From Acidobacteriota bacterium (GTDB lineage: Bacteria; Acidobacteriota; Thermoanaerobaculia; Multivoradales; UBA5704), in NCBI GenBank assembly GCA_040005235.1, contig JBDTZG010000011.1:32001-96000 (forward strand): a stretch of DNA of 64,000 nucleotides. Direction: 5' to 3'. The notes below the pieces were generated by a model that saw only the letters and a list, made by a program, of their open reading frames with translations, did no database searches and was not told the DNA's origin. Positions 38,789 through 48,500 of this stretch are shown here, piece after piece. The position numbers were made by a program, and so were the translations under genes. Position 1 is the stretch's first letter, and each line of letters starts with the position of its first letter.

Positions 38789-39880
38789 TCAGACGGCCTT
38801 CGCCTTGCGATCAGCGCTGAGTGTTGCAAGCCAACGTTCCAGGCTGATCAGGCGACCTCTGTCGATGTGTTCGATCACCTTGCGCATTGACTCCTCCCCG
38901 GCCGGACCGTACGTTGCACTGAGCGCATCGGTGTTGATGTGTACGACATAAGTGAACATAGGTGCGTTGCCGGCCAGCTTTTCACATGCACGCATCAGCC
39001 GTGCGGGATCAAACTCGTTGGTCACGAACACATATTCGAAGGGTTTCCCGTCTGACTCTGCGTTTAAATAGTCACCGAAGTCTGCCGCAAACTGCTTCTC
39101 TCGGTCAGCGCGAACGCTCCACTTGGCGGTTACGAGGGTCCGCATCTGAGGCCGAATCACCGCCACGTCGACCTTGTTCGCCTTTTCACCTCTCTTGGGG
39201 CGGTTGAAGCCAGGAAGTTCGTGCAGGAGGCGCCGTGTGTGGACCTCAAGCGAGGATGCCTGACAGCTAAGGCGAATGACGTGCGCCAGGACGTCTTCGA
39301 AGCCTTCTCCTACCAGGTTCTTCCGCTTGTTCTCAAGAGCAAGGTACTGACGGATACGCTGGACGAGTTGCTGCCACGCCTCAGCGGATGGTTCTTGTTT
39401 CAAGTGCCCGCCCAAGACTTCCTTCACGATCGAAACCAGTTCGGGGTCTTCGCCAGGCTTTGGAAAGCCCTTCTCCTCGTACGGCTGTCGCTGTTTCGAA
39501 GCCGAGGCAGCTATCCTGGAGGCATTCCGCATAACCTCTGTGGCTAGGTCGGCTGTGGCCTTCCGAAATAACCAGTCGATCTCTTCGGCGACCTTGGTTG
39601 GTGCAACATCTAGCGATGTGGAAACCCAATCATGAAATGCCAGGGACCTTGAGTACCAGTTTTTTCCGGGCTGGGCCTTATCGCTTTCGTAGCAGTGTGC
39701 GAGACCCGTGGTTTGGTCTGCCCAAAGAAGCAGTCTGTAGACGTGCGACCACGCTAGCGGCGCAGTGACGCCAGATTCAACTTGCATGGAGAAATAGGCG
39801 TCAATGAGGCGGCTGCGGTTCTTTGCTCCGAATGCCGCCTTAACGAACGCGCCCTCTGAGCTGCCCTGATGAGACGTCAT
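38789..39880 (-). CDS. Putative restriction endonuclease (PD-(D/E)XK-like)
   Basis: Immediately downstream of the C5 methyltransferase; GEGFE...KVDVAV...VTAKWSVRADREKQ resembles REase catalytic cores; GC visibly lower than the flanks. Confidence 0.55.
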   Translation of the reverse strand: MTSHQGSSEGAFVKAAFGAKNRSRLIDAYFSMQVESGVTAPLAWSHVYRLLLWADQTTGLAHCYESDKAQPGKNWYSRSLAFHDWVSTSLDVAPTKVAEEIDWLFRKATADLATEVMRNASRIAASASKQRQPYEEKGFPKPGEDPELVSIVKEVLGGHLKQEPSAEAWQQLVQRIRQYLALENKRKNLVGEGFEDVLAHVIRLSCQASSLEVHTRRLLHELPGFNRPKRGEKANKVDVAVIRPQMRTLVTAKWSVRADREKQFAADFGDYLNAESDGKPFEYVFVTNEFDPARLMRACEKLAGNAPMFTYVVHINTDALSATYGPAGEESMRKVIEHIDRGRLISLERWLATLSADRKAKAV

Positions 39881-39893
39881 ATCGACTCCGCGG

Positions 39894-41288
39894 TCAACCG
39901 GTCCGAGTGCGAAGGGCCTCTCGCTGCCGGGAAGACCGCAGCTCTGCCAGCAAGCTCTGTGCTACAGCTCGTGCGAGGAGGGGGGGCACTGCATTCCCAG
40001 CCTGGCGGTAACGAGAATGAGCGGGTCCCCCGTCATGCCGTCCTGGGATTGGCCCCCGTCTTGGGTCCGTTGTAAAAGTGAATCGATCGGGAAAAGACTG
40101 AAGGCGGGCAAACTCGCGCACCGAAAGGGCTCGCGCTTGTTCGTAGTGGTAGACCGAGTCGGCCTTGGTGTTCAGAGTCCAAGCCCAAATCCCAGGATGA
40201 AGGCGACGGTAAGCGTAAAAGTGTCGCCTTGAGAGCCGCCCGGTTCCGTTGTCCTGCCCCCACCGCTGGCCCGTGATGTACCGGTCGAGAAGGTCTTCGG
40301 CTAGATCTCGGTGGTTGCCACCTTGGGGTATTCCACCAAGCCGTAGTTCGGTGTCGAGAATGATCCGAGGAACTTGGACGTTTGTAAGGAGTTCGCCGGC
40401 ACCAGAACGCATTAGCCGTTGATATTCGCTCCTCGGGCCGGGTAGCTCCGTATATGGGAGCGCATCGTTGCGGTTTCCAACGGAGAGACCGACGAGGTCT
40501 GAAATCGCATCGGCCGCACTGACAACCGAAGAATTCTCTGGATCAGAGAGAGCTTCGCCGATGCGCAGGCTGAACAGGCGTTCTTGAACTACGACCTGAT
40601 ACCGTGATCGACGACTGCCATTGTAACGCACTAACTCCAATGATTCCGTCGCTCCGGTCCCGCTCAGCTTTGGCGGGACCATTCCTAGCGAACTGCGAAC
40701 GCCTATGAAGAGAATGCGTTTCCGTGTTTGAGGAACACCAAAATCCGCCGCATCCACTACTTGAGGTAGCACAGCGTACTCGCCCTCCAGCTCGAGGTCG
40801 GCGAGTATCTGTTCGCGCACGCCCATCTGGTCCATTCCCGTGACGTTTTCGACCACAAATGCCATTGGCAGCGATTGCCGAAGGACACCGACGAATTCCC
40901 GATAAAGGGTGTTGCGCGGGTCTTCGATCAGCCGCGCGTGGTTACGGACCTGAGAGAATGCCTGGCATGGCGGCCCCCCGATGAGCACGCTGGCCGAACG
41001 AGCTGCGTCAAGAATCTGCTCCTTGATCGCGTCGTTTCGGATGTCGCCCGTGATGACTCTCGACTCCGGGAAGTTGAGCCCGTAGGTTGCGGAAGCATCG
41101 GGATCGTTGTCGGACCCGGCGATGATCGAGAAGCCGGCCTGTCGGAAACCCTCCGATAGTCCACCCGCACCTGCAAACAAGTCCACTACGGAAAACGCCG
41201 CTCCGCCTTCGGAGGACCCCACCCCTCGACGGCGCAAGCTCCCTGAGGTGGGTTCGGCGGCTCGCCAATTCGCTCTGTTGATCATCAC
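39894..41288 (-). CDS. DNA (cytosine-5)-methyltransferase
   Basis: DLFAGAGG, GGPPCQ, ENV, FGVPQTRKR, SVREFARLQSFP, GNAVP. Confidence 0.95.
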   Translation of the reverse strand: MMINRANWRAAEPTSGSLRRRGVGSSEGGAAFSVVDLFAGAGGLSEGFRQAGFSIIAGSDNDPDASATYGLNFPESRVITGDIRNDAIKEQILDAARSASVLIGGPPCQAFSQVRNHARLIEDPRNTLYREFVGVLRQSLPMAFVVENVTGMDQMGVREQILADLELEGEYAVLPQVVDAADFGVPQTRKRILFIGVRSSLGMVPPKLSGTGATESLELVRYNGSRRSRYQVVVQERLFSLRIGEALSDPENSSVVSAADAISDLVGLSVGNRNDALPYTELPGPRSEYQRLMRSGAGELLTNVQVPRIILDTELRLGGIPQGGNHRDLAEDLLDRYITGQRWGQDNGTGRLSRRHFYAYRRLHPGIWAWTLNTKADSVYHYEQARALSVREFARLQSFPDRFTFTTDPRRGPIPGRHDGGPAHSRYRQAGNAVPPLLARAVAQSLLAELRSSRQREALRTRTG

Positions 41289-41387
41289 CGTCAGGGAGTA
41301 TCTCAGAATCTCCGCGCGATTGTGCCCAATCTGCGGTCCGAAGCAGCCCCGCCTGTCGCTCCAGGCTCGAACGCTCCGGCGGAGAAG

Positions 41388-41609
41388 CTACCCGATGATC
41401 TCGGACATGCACTTTGATGGCTGGCGTCCCGCTTGGCGTCGGCGCTGGAATTCGCGACGCGCCGTCTCGCGATCAACTCCGTTCGCCTGGGCATAAACCT
41501 CCAAGCCGCGCTCCCCGAGCCGGAGAATCAGCTCAAAGCGCTCCTGGAGCGGAAGATTCTCCATCTCGTCGCGAAGCTCGTCTCTCAAATCGTCGGCTAC
41601 GGACCGCAT
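41388..41609 (-). CDS. Small helical hypothetical protein (73 aa), antitoxin-like
   Basis: MRSVADDLRDE...ERFELILRLGERGLEVYAQANGVDRETARR; coherent small ORF; function is inferred only. Confidence 0.55.
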   Translation of the reverse strand: MRSVADDLRDELRDEMENLPLQERFELILRLGERGLEVYAQANGVDRETARREFQRRRQAGRQPSKCMSEIIG

Positions 41610-41681
41610 AGCGGAAGTATAGCCCTGGCTCGATGGGACTCAGGGCCTCGTCAACGTCGGTGTTCCTGTTGTCACTCGGTT

Positions 41682-42106
41682 GTTGCGATCCAGATCTGGA
41701 AGGTTCGGACCAAGCTCTAGGTCGTCTCGATCCAGGTCCGGACGACTCGGATCCAGGTCTGAACGGTCGGGACCGAGGTCTGAGCCGTGAAATCCAGGTC
41801 CGGGCGACTCAGGACTGGATCCGGACCGTTGCGATCCAGGTCCGAATGGCTCAGACCTAGGTCTGGTGTATCGCGATCCAGGTCTGGACGACTCAGACCA
41901 AAGTCTCGTGTGCCGCGATCCAGGCCGGACGACTCGGTCCCAGGTCTGAACGATCGGGACAGAGGTCTGGACCGTCGCGATCCAGGTCCGGGAGACTCAG
42001 AACTAGATCTCGTGTGTCGCGATCCAGGTCTGGACGACTCAGACCACGTTCTCGTGTGTCGCGATCAGGGTCCGGTCGGCTCGGACCTGGGTCCCGACCG
42101 TTGCGA
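41682..42106. repeat. About 20 degenerate 21-bp tandem units with palindromic GAYCNNGRTC core and a 42-bp higher-order alternation
   Basis: Unit starts at 41687, 41708, 41729, 41750, 41771, 41791, 41812, 41833, 41854, 41875, 41896, 41917, 41937, 41958, 41979, 42000, 42021, 42042, 42063 and 42084; two 1-bp slips. Confidence 0.9.
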
Positions 42107-42151
42107 CGGACTATCAGTATGTTGCAAGGTCCAGACGAGGACGGGATGTAC

Positions 42152-42869
42152 GTCGCAATCCCACCTGACAGATCAGGGACATTCGGACATGATAGTGCGC
42201 CTCCTTGAGCACGGGGGTTAAGCGAGTGTCGCAATCCCACCTGACAGATCAGGGACATTCGGACGTTTTTCGCCGGCCTGGCGGCGTGGGCTGTAATGGT
42301 CTACGTCGCAATCCCACCTGGCAGATCAGGGACATTCGGACCACGGTGGTTTTGACAGCTTCGCCCCACTACACCGAGCGTCGCAATCCCACCTGACAGA
42401 TCAGGGACGTTCGGACACAAAGATGGCTGCGAGCATCGCGGCATAGGCAAGGTGAAGTCGCAATCCCACCTGACAGATCAGGGACGTTCGGACGGAGAGC
42501 TGAAGAAACTCCTCTGTCGCAAGTAGGAAAGATGTCGCAATCCCACCTGACAGATCAGGGACATTCGGACGGCCGGAAGCTGCCTGCGCGCCGAAGGTTA
42601 CGCACCCGTCGCAATCCCACCTGACAGATCAGGGACATTCGGACTACGCGACGACTACGCCGCCTCCCTCGTGTTCCGTACCGTCGCAATCCCACCTGAC
42701 AGATCAGGGACATTCGGACCTGAATGAAGCCCGGGAGACTAGTTCGTTCGCTCCTGTAGTCGCAATCCCACCTGACAGATCAGGGACATTCGGACGGCCA
42801 TGCGATCGAAGTTCCTCTTGATCCTTCTTTCTGTCGCAATCCCACCTGACAGATCAGGGACATTCGGAC
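42152..42869 (-). CRISPR. CRISPR array: 10 x 37-bp repeats, 9 spacers of 37-40 bp (probable 10th spacer at 42112-42151); type III-like repeat; no cas genes in the window
   Basis: Plus-strand repeat GTCGCAATCCCACCTGACAGATCAGGGACATTCGGAC at 42152, 42228, 42305, 42380, 42457, 42534, 42608, 42683, 42759 and 42833; single-base variants in the 42305, 42380 and 42457 copies. The minus-strand repeat ends GGGATTGCGAC, as in Thermus type III repeats. Confidence 0.97.
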
Positions 42870-43035
42870 CCCTGCCTCCGCAACCTCTTCTGAATCAGTG
42901 GGTTGCAAGGGCGATTTCCGGAACCTCGCGACATACGCTTGCCTTACGCTGGTCGATGCTTCGTTTTTACCCGCCGAGGCGGCTCGCAAAGCTTTGATTG
43001 TCAAGGAGCTTACGGCTGTTTCCGGAACCTGGGTG
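42870..43035 (-). promoter_or_regulatory. Probable CRISPR leader
   Basis: Non-coding and less GC-rich; direct repeat TTTCCGGAACCT at 42915-42926 and 43019-43030; the five repeats nearest this side are all consensus. Confidence 0.6.
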
Positions 43036-43159
43036 CCAAATTGGCGAAGAGGTCTCGAAAACTGGTATGACTTTTGCCTGGCTCCGACGATATACACCTT
43101 CGGGTCCTCTGTCCATCCGCTCGCAGATTGGGCGTTTGCGGGGCTTCGGTGGGCGCGGG

Positions 43160-45538
43160 TCAACCGCAGGCGACCCGCACGCGGAGGATTTGCCCCGCCT
43201 CCACCTCTTGTAGCAGCTCTCCTTGCAATCGACGTCCATCGACCTCCACAATCACCTCACCCGCCCGCAGCCCCGTCTGCCGCTCGATTTCGATCTCCAA
43301 CATCGCGCCCCGGTAGGGCCGGCGCATCTTCGCTCGCGGCCAGGTTGGGGGAAGGCAGGGATCGAAGAGGAGGCCGTCCCACGTCGGCCGGACGCCGAGG
43401 ACGTTTTCGGCGAGGATGCGCGGCAGCCAGGCGGCGGAGCCGGTGTACCAGGTCCAGCCGGCTCTTCCGCGGTAGGGGGATTCGGGGCCGTCGACGTTGC
43501 CGGGGAGCACGTACGGCTCGGCCCAGTAGGTGTCGGGATCGTGGAGCGAGGGGTTGATCCAGGTGAGCAGCCGCCCGACCGTTTCGCCGTCGTTCATCGC
43601 CGCCGCGGCCGAGATTGCCCAGGTTGCGGCGTGGGTGTAGACCCCGCCGTTTTCGCGCAGGCCCGGGGCGTAGCGGGTGATGTAGCCGACCGTCTCGTCC
43701 GGCTCGCTCCAGGCGGGCGCGAGCAGCAGGGCGCCCACCCCTTCGCACAGCAGGTGTTCGCGCACGGCGGCCCAGGCTGCCGTGGCGCGCTCGGGGCGGG
43801 CGGCGCCAGAGAGGATCGCCCAGGTTTGGGCGTTGAGAAAGATCCTTCCGAAGCGGTTCTCCTTGGCTCCTATCCAGGTGCCGTCATCGCGCGTCGCGCG
43901 GCGGTACCAGGCGCCGTCCCAGGCGTGCTCTTCAATCGCCGCGAGGTAACCGGCGCGGCGAGCAAGGAGATCGGCCGCTTTCTCCGGCGCGCCGCGTCGG
44001 CGGGCGATCTCGGCCCAGTCTTCTAGCAGGCCGATCAGGAACCAGCCGAGCCAGACCGACTCGCCGCGCTCTTCAAGCCCCACCGCAGACAGGCCGTCGT
44101 TCCAATCGCCCTCGCCGATCAGCGGCAGGCCGCGTGGGCTGGTGCGCGAAAAGACCCGGGCGAACGCTCGCTCGACGTGATCGGAGAGCGGGCTGGGCTG
44201 CGCCTCGTCGAGGAAAGACGATTCGTCGTCGAGCAGCGAGAGGTCGCCGGTCTCTTTCGCATAATTGGCGGTCACGAACCCCAGCCAGAGCAGATCGTCG
44301 GTCATCTTCGTGACGTGTCCCTGCTCGGTGAGCGGATGCCACCAGTGGACGACCGAGCCGTCTTTGAACTGGTGCCCGGCGTGCAGCGCGATCTGCGCGC
44401 GGCAACGCGGCGGATCGATCGTCAGCCAGACTTGCGAATCCTGGAGCTGATCGCGAAAACCGTACGCGCCGCTCTGTTGGTAATAACCGGCCCGGCCCCA
44501 GAGCCGCGCCGAAATCGCCTGATAGCGCAGCCAATCGTTGGCGAGTAGGTTGAGCGACGGCTCGGGCGTTTCGATCCGCTGCGCGGCCAGGAGATCGCGC
44601 CAACCCGCCACCGCGCGGGCGAACGAAGCGGCCATCGCGGAAGGCTGAGCGAAGCGGGTGGCGAGCGCCGTCGCCGATTCCGGATCGGCCGTGGTCGCCA
44701 GCACGAAGCCCCCTTCGAAAACTCCATGCGGGGCGAGGTCGATCTCCGCGCGCAGCGCGGCGACCGGATCGTAATGCCGGCCGAACAGCCCCGCCCAAGG
44801 AGCGTCCGAATCGAGCGCCGCGGGGCGCTTCCAATCGCCGCCGGCCCCTAAGAACGCCGCCTTGTCCCCCTCCGCCCCGGCGAGCGGTTGGGCGGAGGCG
44901 AACGCGCTCCAGAACGGAAACGGCGTGTTCCAATGGCCCCAGCGGGGATTTCCGACGTCCCACATGTGGCTGCCGGCGACGATCCCGGGAAGGTCGGGAA
45001 GCCAGCGCGTTTCCATGAACAACTTTTGGAACTCGCGCCGCGGCGCGGGCGAGGTGCCGCAGTTCCATTCGAGGAACGGCACGAGCACGAGCCTGCGCGC
45101 CCGGCCCTCCTTCTCGGTCAGCGAGACGCGCCAGATCTCGACCGTCTCGTCCGGGTCGACGAATAGCGTCCAGCTCGCCGAAACGCCGTCGTGCTCGGAC
45201 TCGAACGTCGTGTAGCCGAGGCCATGGCGGCAGACGTGGTGCGCTTCGCTTAAACCGCAAGGAGCCGGAGCGAGCGAGGAGACCCGGCCGGCGTCGCGAT
45301 CGCGCAGGTAAAGAAAGCGCCCGGACCGGTCGTCGGCCAGATCCTGCTGCCAGCGCACGATCGCCGCGAGCTGCGAGTTGTCGATCCAAGAAAAACCGCT
45401 GCCGGTCTGCGATACCGCAAGGCCGATCCGCGGATTGGTGATCACGTTCGCCCAAGGACGCGGCGTGTTGGGATCGGTGATCACGTATTCAGAGCCATCG
45501 GCGGAGAAATGGCCGTAGCGATTTTGCCCTGCGCTCAT
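43160..45538 (-). CDS. GH94 glycoside phosphorylase
   Basis: EYVI..PNTPRPWANVI, YQQSGAYGFRDQLQD, HWWHP, GDWNDGL, RENGGVYTHAA, WYTGSAAW; ATG 45538 overlaps the upstream stop. Confidence 0.93.
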   Translation of the reverse strand: MSAGQNRYGHFSADGSEYVITDPNTPRPWANVITNPRIGLAVSQTGSGFSWIDNSQLAAIVRWQQDLADDRSGRFLYLRDRDAGRVSSLAPAPCGLSEAHHVCRHGLGYTTFESEHDGVSASWTLFVDPDETVEIWRVSLTEKEGRARRLVLVPFLEWNCGTSPAPRREFQKLFMETRWLPDLPGIVAGSHMWDVGNPRWGHWNTPFPFWSAFASAQPLAGAEGDKAAFLGAGGDWKRPAALDSDAPWAGLFGRHYDPVAALRAEIDLAPHGVFEGGFVLATTADPESATALATRFAQPSAMAASFARAVAGWRDLLAAQRIETPEPSLNLLANDWLRYQAISARLWGRAGYYQQSGAYGFRDQLQDSQVWLTIDPPRCRAQIALHAGHQFKDGSVVHWWHPLTEQGHVTKMTDDLLWLGFVTANYAKETGDLSLLDDESSFLDEAQPSPLSDHVERAFARVFSRTSPRGLPLIGEGDWNDGLSAVGLEERGESVWLGWFLIGLLEDWAEIARRRGAPEKAADLLARRAGYLAAIEEHAWDGAWYRRATRDDGTWIGAKENRFGRIFLNAQTWAILSGAARPERATAAWAAVREHLLCEGVGALLLAPAWSEPDETVGYITRYAPGLRENGGVYTHAATWAISAAAAMNDGETVGRLLTWINPSLHDPDTYWAEPYVLPGNVDGPESPYRGRAGWTWYTGSAAWLPRILAENVLGVRPTWDGLLFDPCLPPTWPRAKMRRPYRGAMLEIEIERQTGLRAGEVIVEVDGRRLQGELLQEVEAGQILRVRVACG

Positions 45539-48500
45539 CTGTACAACCCCTTCCCTTCCAGCTGTAGATCGACCATCGCGGGCAGCTGTCGTAACGTGAA
45601 CGTTCCGTCCGGTCCGATCGCCGCCGGCTTGCCATCCACCCACACTCCACCCGCCCGCCCTTCGAGCGGCCACGAGAGCACGAGCCCGCCGGGCGGCAGC
45701 TCCAGCCCCTTCTCCGCGATCTCGTAATGGACCCCCGTGCCGCGCCGAGCGAGGCGGTAGGTGAGCGTTCCCCACGGGGTCCGCAGGTCGCGCACCGCGA
45801 TCCCTTCCGGGCGATCGAGCCATGCCGCGGAAACGCCCGCCGCGAGCACCAGCGAGTGATCCCCGCGCCGCTCATAGGCGAACAGGTCGAGCGCGGAGCG
45901 GACGAAGTCCGTCGCCACCCAGCCGTGCGGCAGATCGCCGATGAAATGCGCCTGGCGCGGGTCGCGGCTCACCACCTCCGGCCATTGGTTCCAAGGAACT
46001 GGACGCCGGTCGGCGAGGTAGAAATCGAGCGCGGAGAGCGCCCGCTCCTTCCAACCGAGCCGGAGGAACGCGCCGATGTGGCGAATCTCATAGGGGGTGT
46101 AGATCTCCCACTCTTTGGCGCCCGAACGGCGGGCGGACAGCTCGGCGTAAAACCTTTCGAACGTGGCGTCGAGCGCGGCCTTCGGCAGGTACCCTTCGAG
46201 CCCCGCGGGATCGAGCGCGATCGTAGTTGCGGTCGAATCGAAATCGGCGAGATCTTCCGAGCCGGGGATGTAGGCGATCTTCGCCCGCTCTCGCGTGTGC
46301 TCGATCGAGGCGAGCAGGTCGGCGCGGAACTCGTCGCGGCGCGCGCCCCACTTCGCCGCGAAGTCCTCGTGCCCCAGCGCGTGTGCCAGATCGACCGCGT
46401 CTTCCAAGCCGCGATAGGCGAAGAAATCGTCCCAATAGGAATGAACCGCTTTGGCCGAATACCCCTCGTGGCTGATCGATTCCGGCAGCAGACCGAAGGC
46501 GTCTTTGCCTTTCCAGTCTTCCGTGCGCCGCGACTGGCGGAGCGCTTCGAGGTGATCGACCGCGCGCGCCACGACCGGCAGCATCTTCTCCGCCCACGCG
46601 CGGTCTTTGCCGTAGCGATAGACCTCGGTGATCAAATGGATCAGCTCGCCGTGGCTGTCGTGCTCGGGGACCGAATCGGCGCCCCGCTTGTCGACGCAGC
46701 AAGGCACCGTTCCGTCGGCCGACTGAAAGCCTGAAAACCACTCGACGAACTCGCGCGCCGTATCGACCTCGCCGAGGCGCAGCAGTGCCACCCCGGTCAA
46801 GGCCCCGTCGCGAATCCACGATCTGGCATAGGCGCGTGAACCGGGCTGAAGCGCCGGGCCGTCGCGATGGATCAACACCCAGGCGAGGCTCGATCGGATC
46901 GCCCGGGCGATGGGCGCGGCCGCTGGCGGCAGGTCGAGGCCGACTCGCGACAGCCGCTGCCGCCAGTTGGCGGAAACCTCTCGTTCGAGCGCGGCGAAAC
47001 GTTCTCCTCCACCCGCCGCGATCTTCGCCGCTGCGCCGCGCGCTTCCGGATTCGAGCCGCCCGCCGCGATGACTTCGAGCGAGGCGCCCGGCGCGAGGTC
47101 GAAAGGCCAGGCGAGAATCCCGGTCGCTTGGGCCTCAGGGTCGTTCACTTCGGTGCGGCGGGGGAGCGTGCCGGCGGCGAGACGCTCGAAGGGGCTCCCT
47201 TCGTCGAAAGTCATCGCGCCGAATTTCGCCGCAGGAGAAACGAAGAGGGAGGGCTCCCCTTCGATCGCGAGGCCGTGCTCGTCTCCCGCGAGGTGCGAAA
47301 GGCGCGAGACGCCGCCCGGATCGTTCAGAAACTGCTGGGGCGGGTTGACTTGGAACGGCCGGGCCGCCAGTTGGAGCGTGCCGGTTCGGCGCGTCGTGGA
47401 AAGGTTTGCCAGATGGTAGCGGGCGAGCAGCGCACTTCCACCGGGGACCGGCGTCGCGAGCGCGGTGATCGAGAGACGTAGGGCGGGGTGGTCGGCGGGA
47501 AACTCCCAGGTGACGGTGGGGATCGGAAGGTCGCCTTCCGCGAGCGATTGGGTGATGCTCGAATTCGCCCAGGTGATCAGCCGCCCGTTCGGTTCATTCA
47601 GCCGCACGAACGGTTCGAGCGAATAGCGCTCGGCCAGCTCGGTCAGTTCAATCGTGCCGTCTTCGGAGACGAGCATCTCGACGGGATCTTTGTCGACGCC
47701 GACCACCGTCCAGTAACTCTGCTCGTTGAGGAAGGCGCGTGGATAGGCGCCGCGTGGCACTTCCGAGGCGAGCATCGAGACGAAAGCGTTGCGCGAGGCT
47801 CCGACCGAGAGGGGCCGGATTTCCGCCCCGGCAATGCCGAATCCCTTCGGCCCGGGCTCGCGAAGGTGGAGGCGAAGCGCCCGGGCTTCGGATTCGGGGA
47901 GGTAGAAATCGGTTCGCGCGGCGCCTCGCGGCTCGGCTTCGCGCACAGGGCGGAACGTCGAGCCGTCCTCCGAGATTTCGAGCGCCACCCGTCCCGGCGC
48001 ACGCCCGGGCTCCCAACGAAGGGTCAAACCGCCCAGCTCGGTGAGCCCGCCGAGGTCGATCGCGATCTCCTGCTCGCCCTTTTCATTCGGTGAACTTTTC
48101 GTGAGGTCGAGCGCCTTGGGGCTCGCGCTCGGCTCTTGGCGGGGGACGACTTCGAGGTTGGAAATCCAGACCGTGCCGTGCCCGCCGGTGGCCGCGGTGA
48201 CGGTGAGCTCCAATTCGGCGATCCGCCGCAGGGGAGGCGGCGCGCCGGAGTCCGGCCCCCAGGCGAACGCAACCTGCCGCTCCTTGACCCTCACGGTCTC
48301 GGCCGCTTTGGGCCAGGCGACGTTCCGCAGCACGTGCCAGTAGACGTTCTCGTGGGCATCCAGCAGCTTCACTTCCAGATGGTTCGGCGGCCCTTCGCCG
48401 CGGAGATCGAAGCGCAACTCCCAGGTGGCGGGCAGCTCGATGTCTAAAGATCGCCGCGCCGCCGCCCAGCCCGCCTTGCCGTGAAAGTCGTAATCGAGCC

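Noticed and set aside
7744-42869. Craspase-like (type III-E) link between the TPR-CHAT/sigma genes and the CRISPR array
   Set aside because: They are 30 kb apart, no cas7-11 or csx30 is present, and the CHAT proteins appear exported; there is no sequence support for coupling.
41633-42997. ORFs over the 21-bp array and CRISPR (heptad DPGLDDS-type peptides)
   Set aside because: They are broken by 1-bp slips or start inside CRISPR repeats; treated as spurious, although a decayed heptad-repeat gene cannot be fully excluded.
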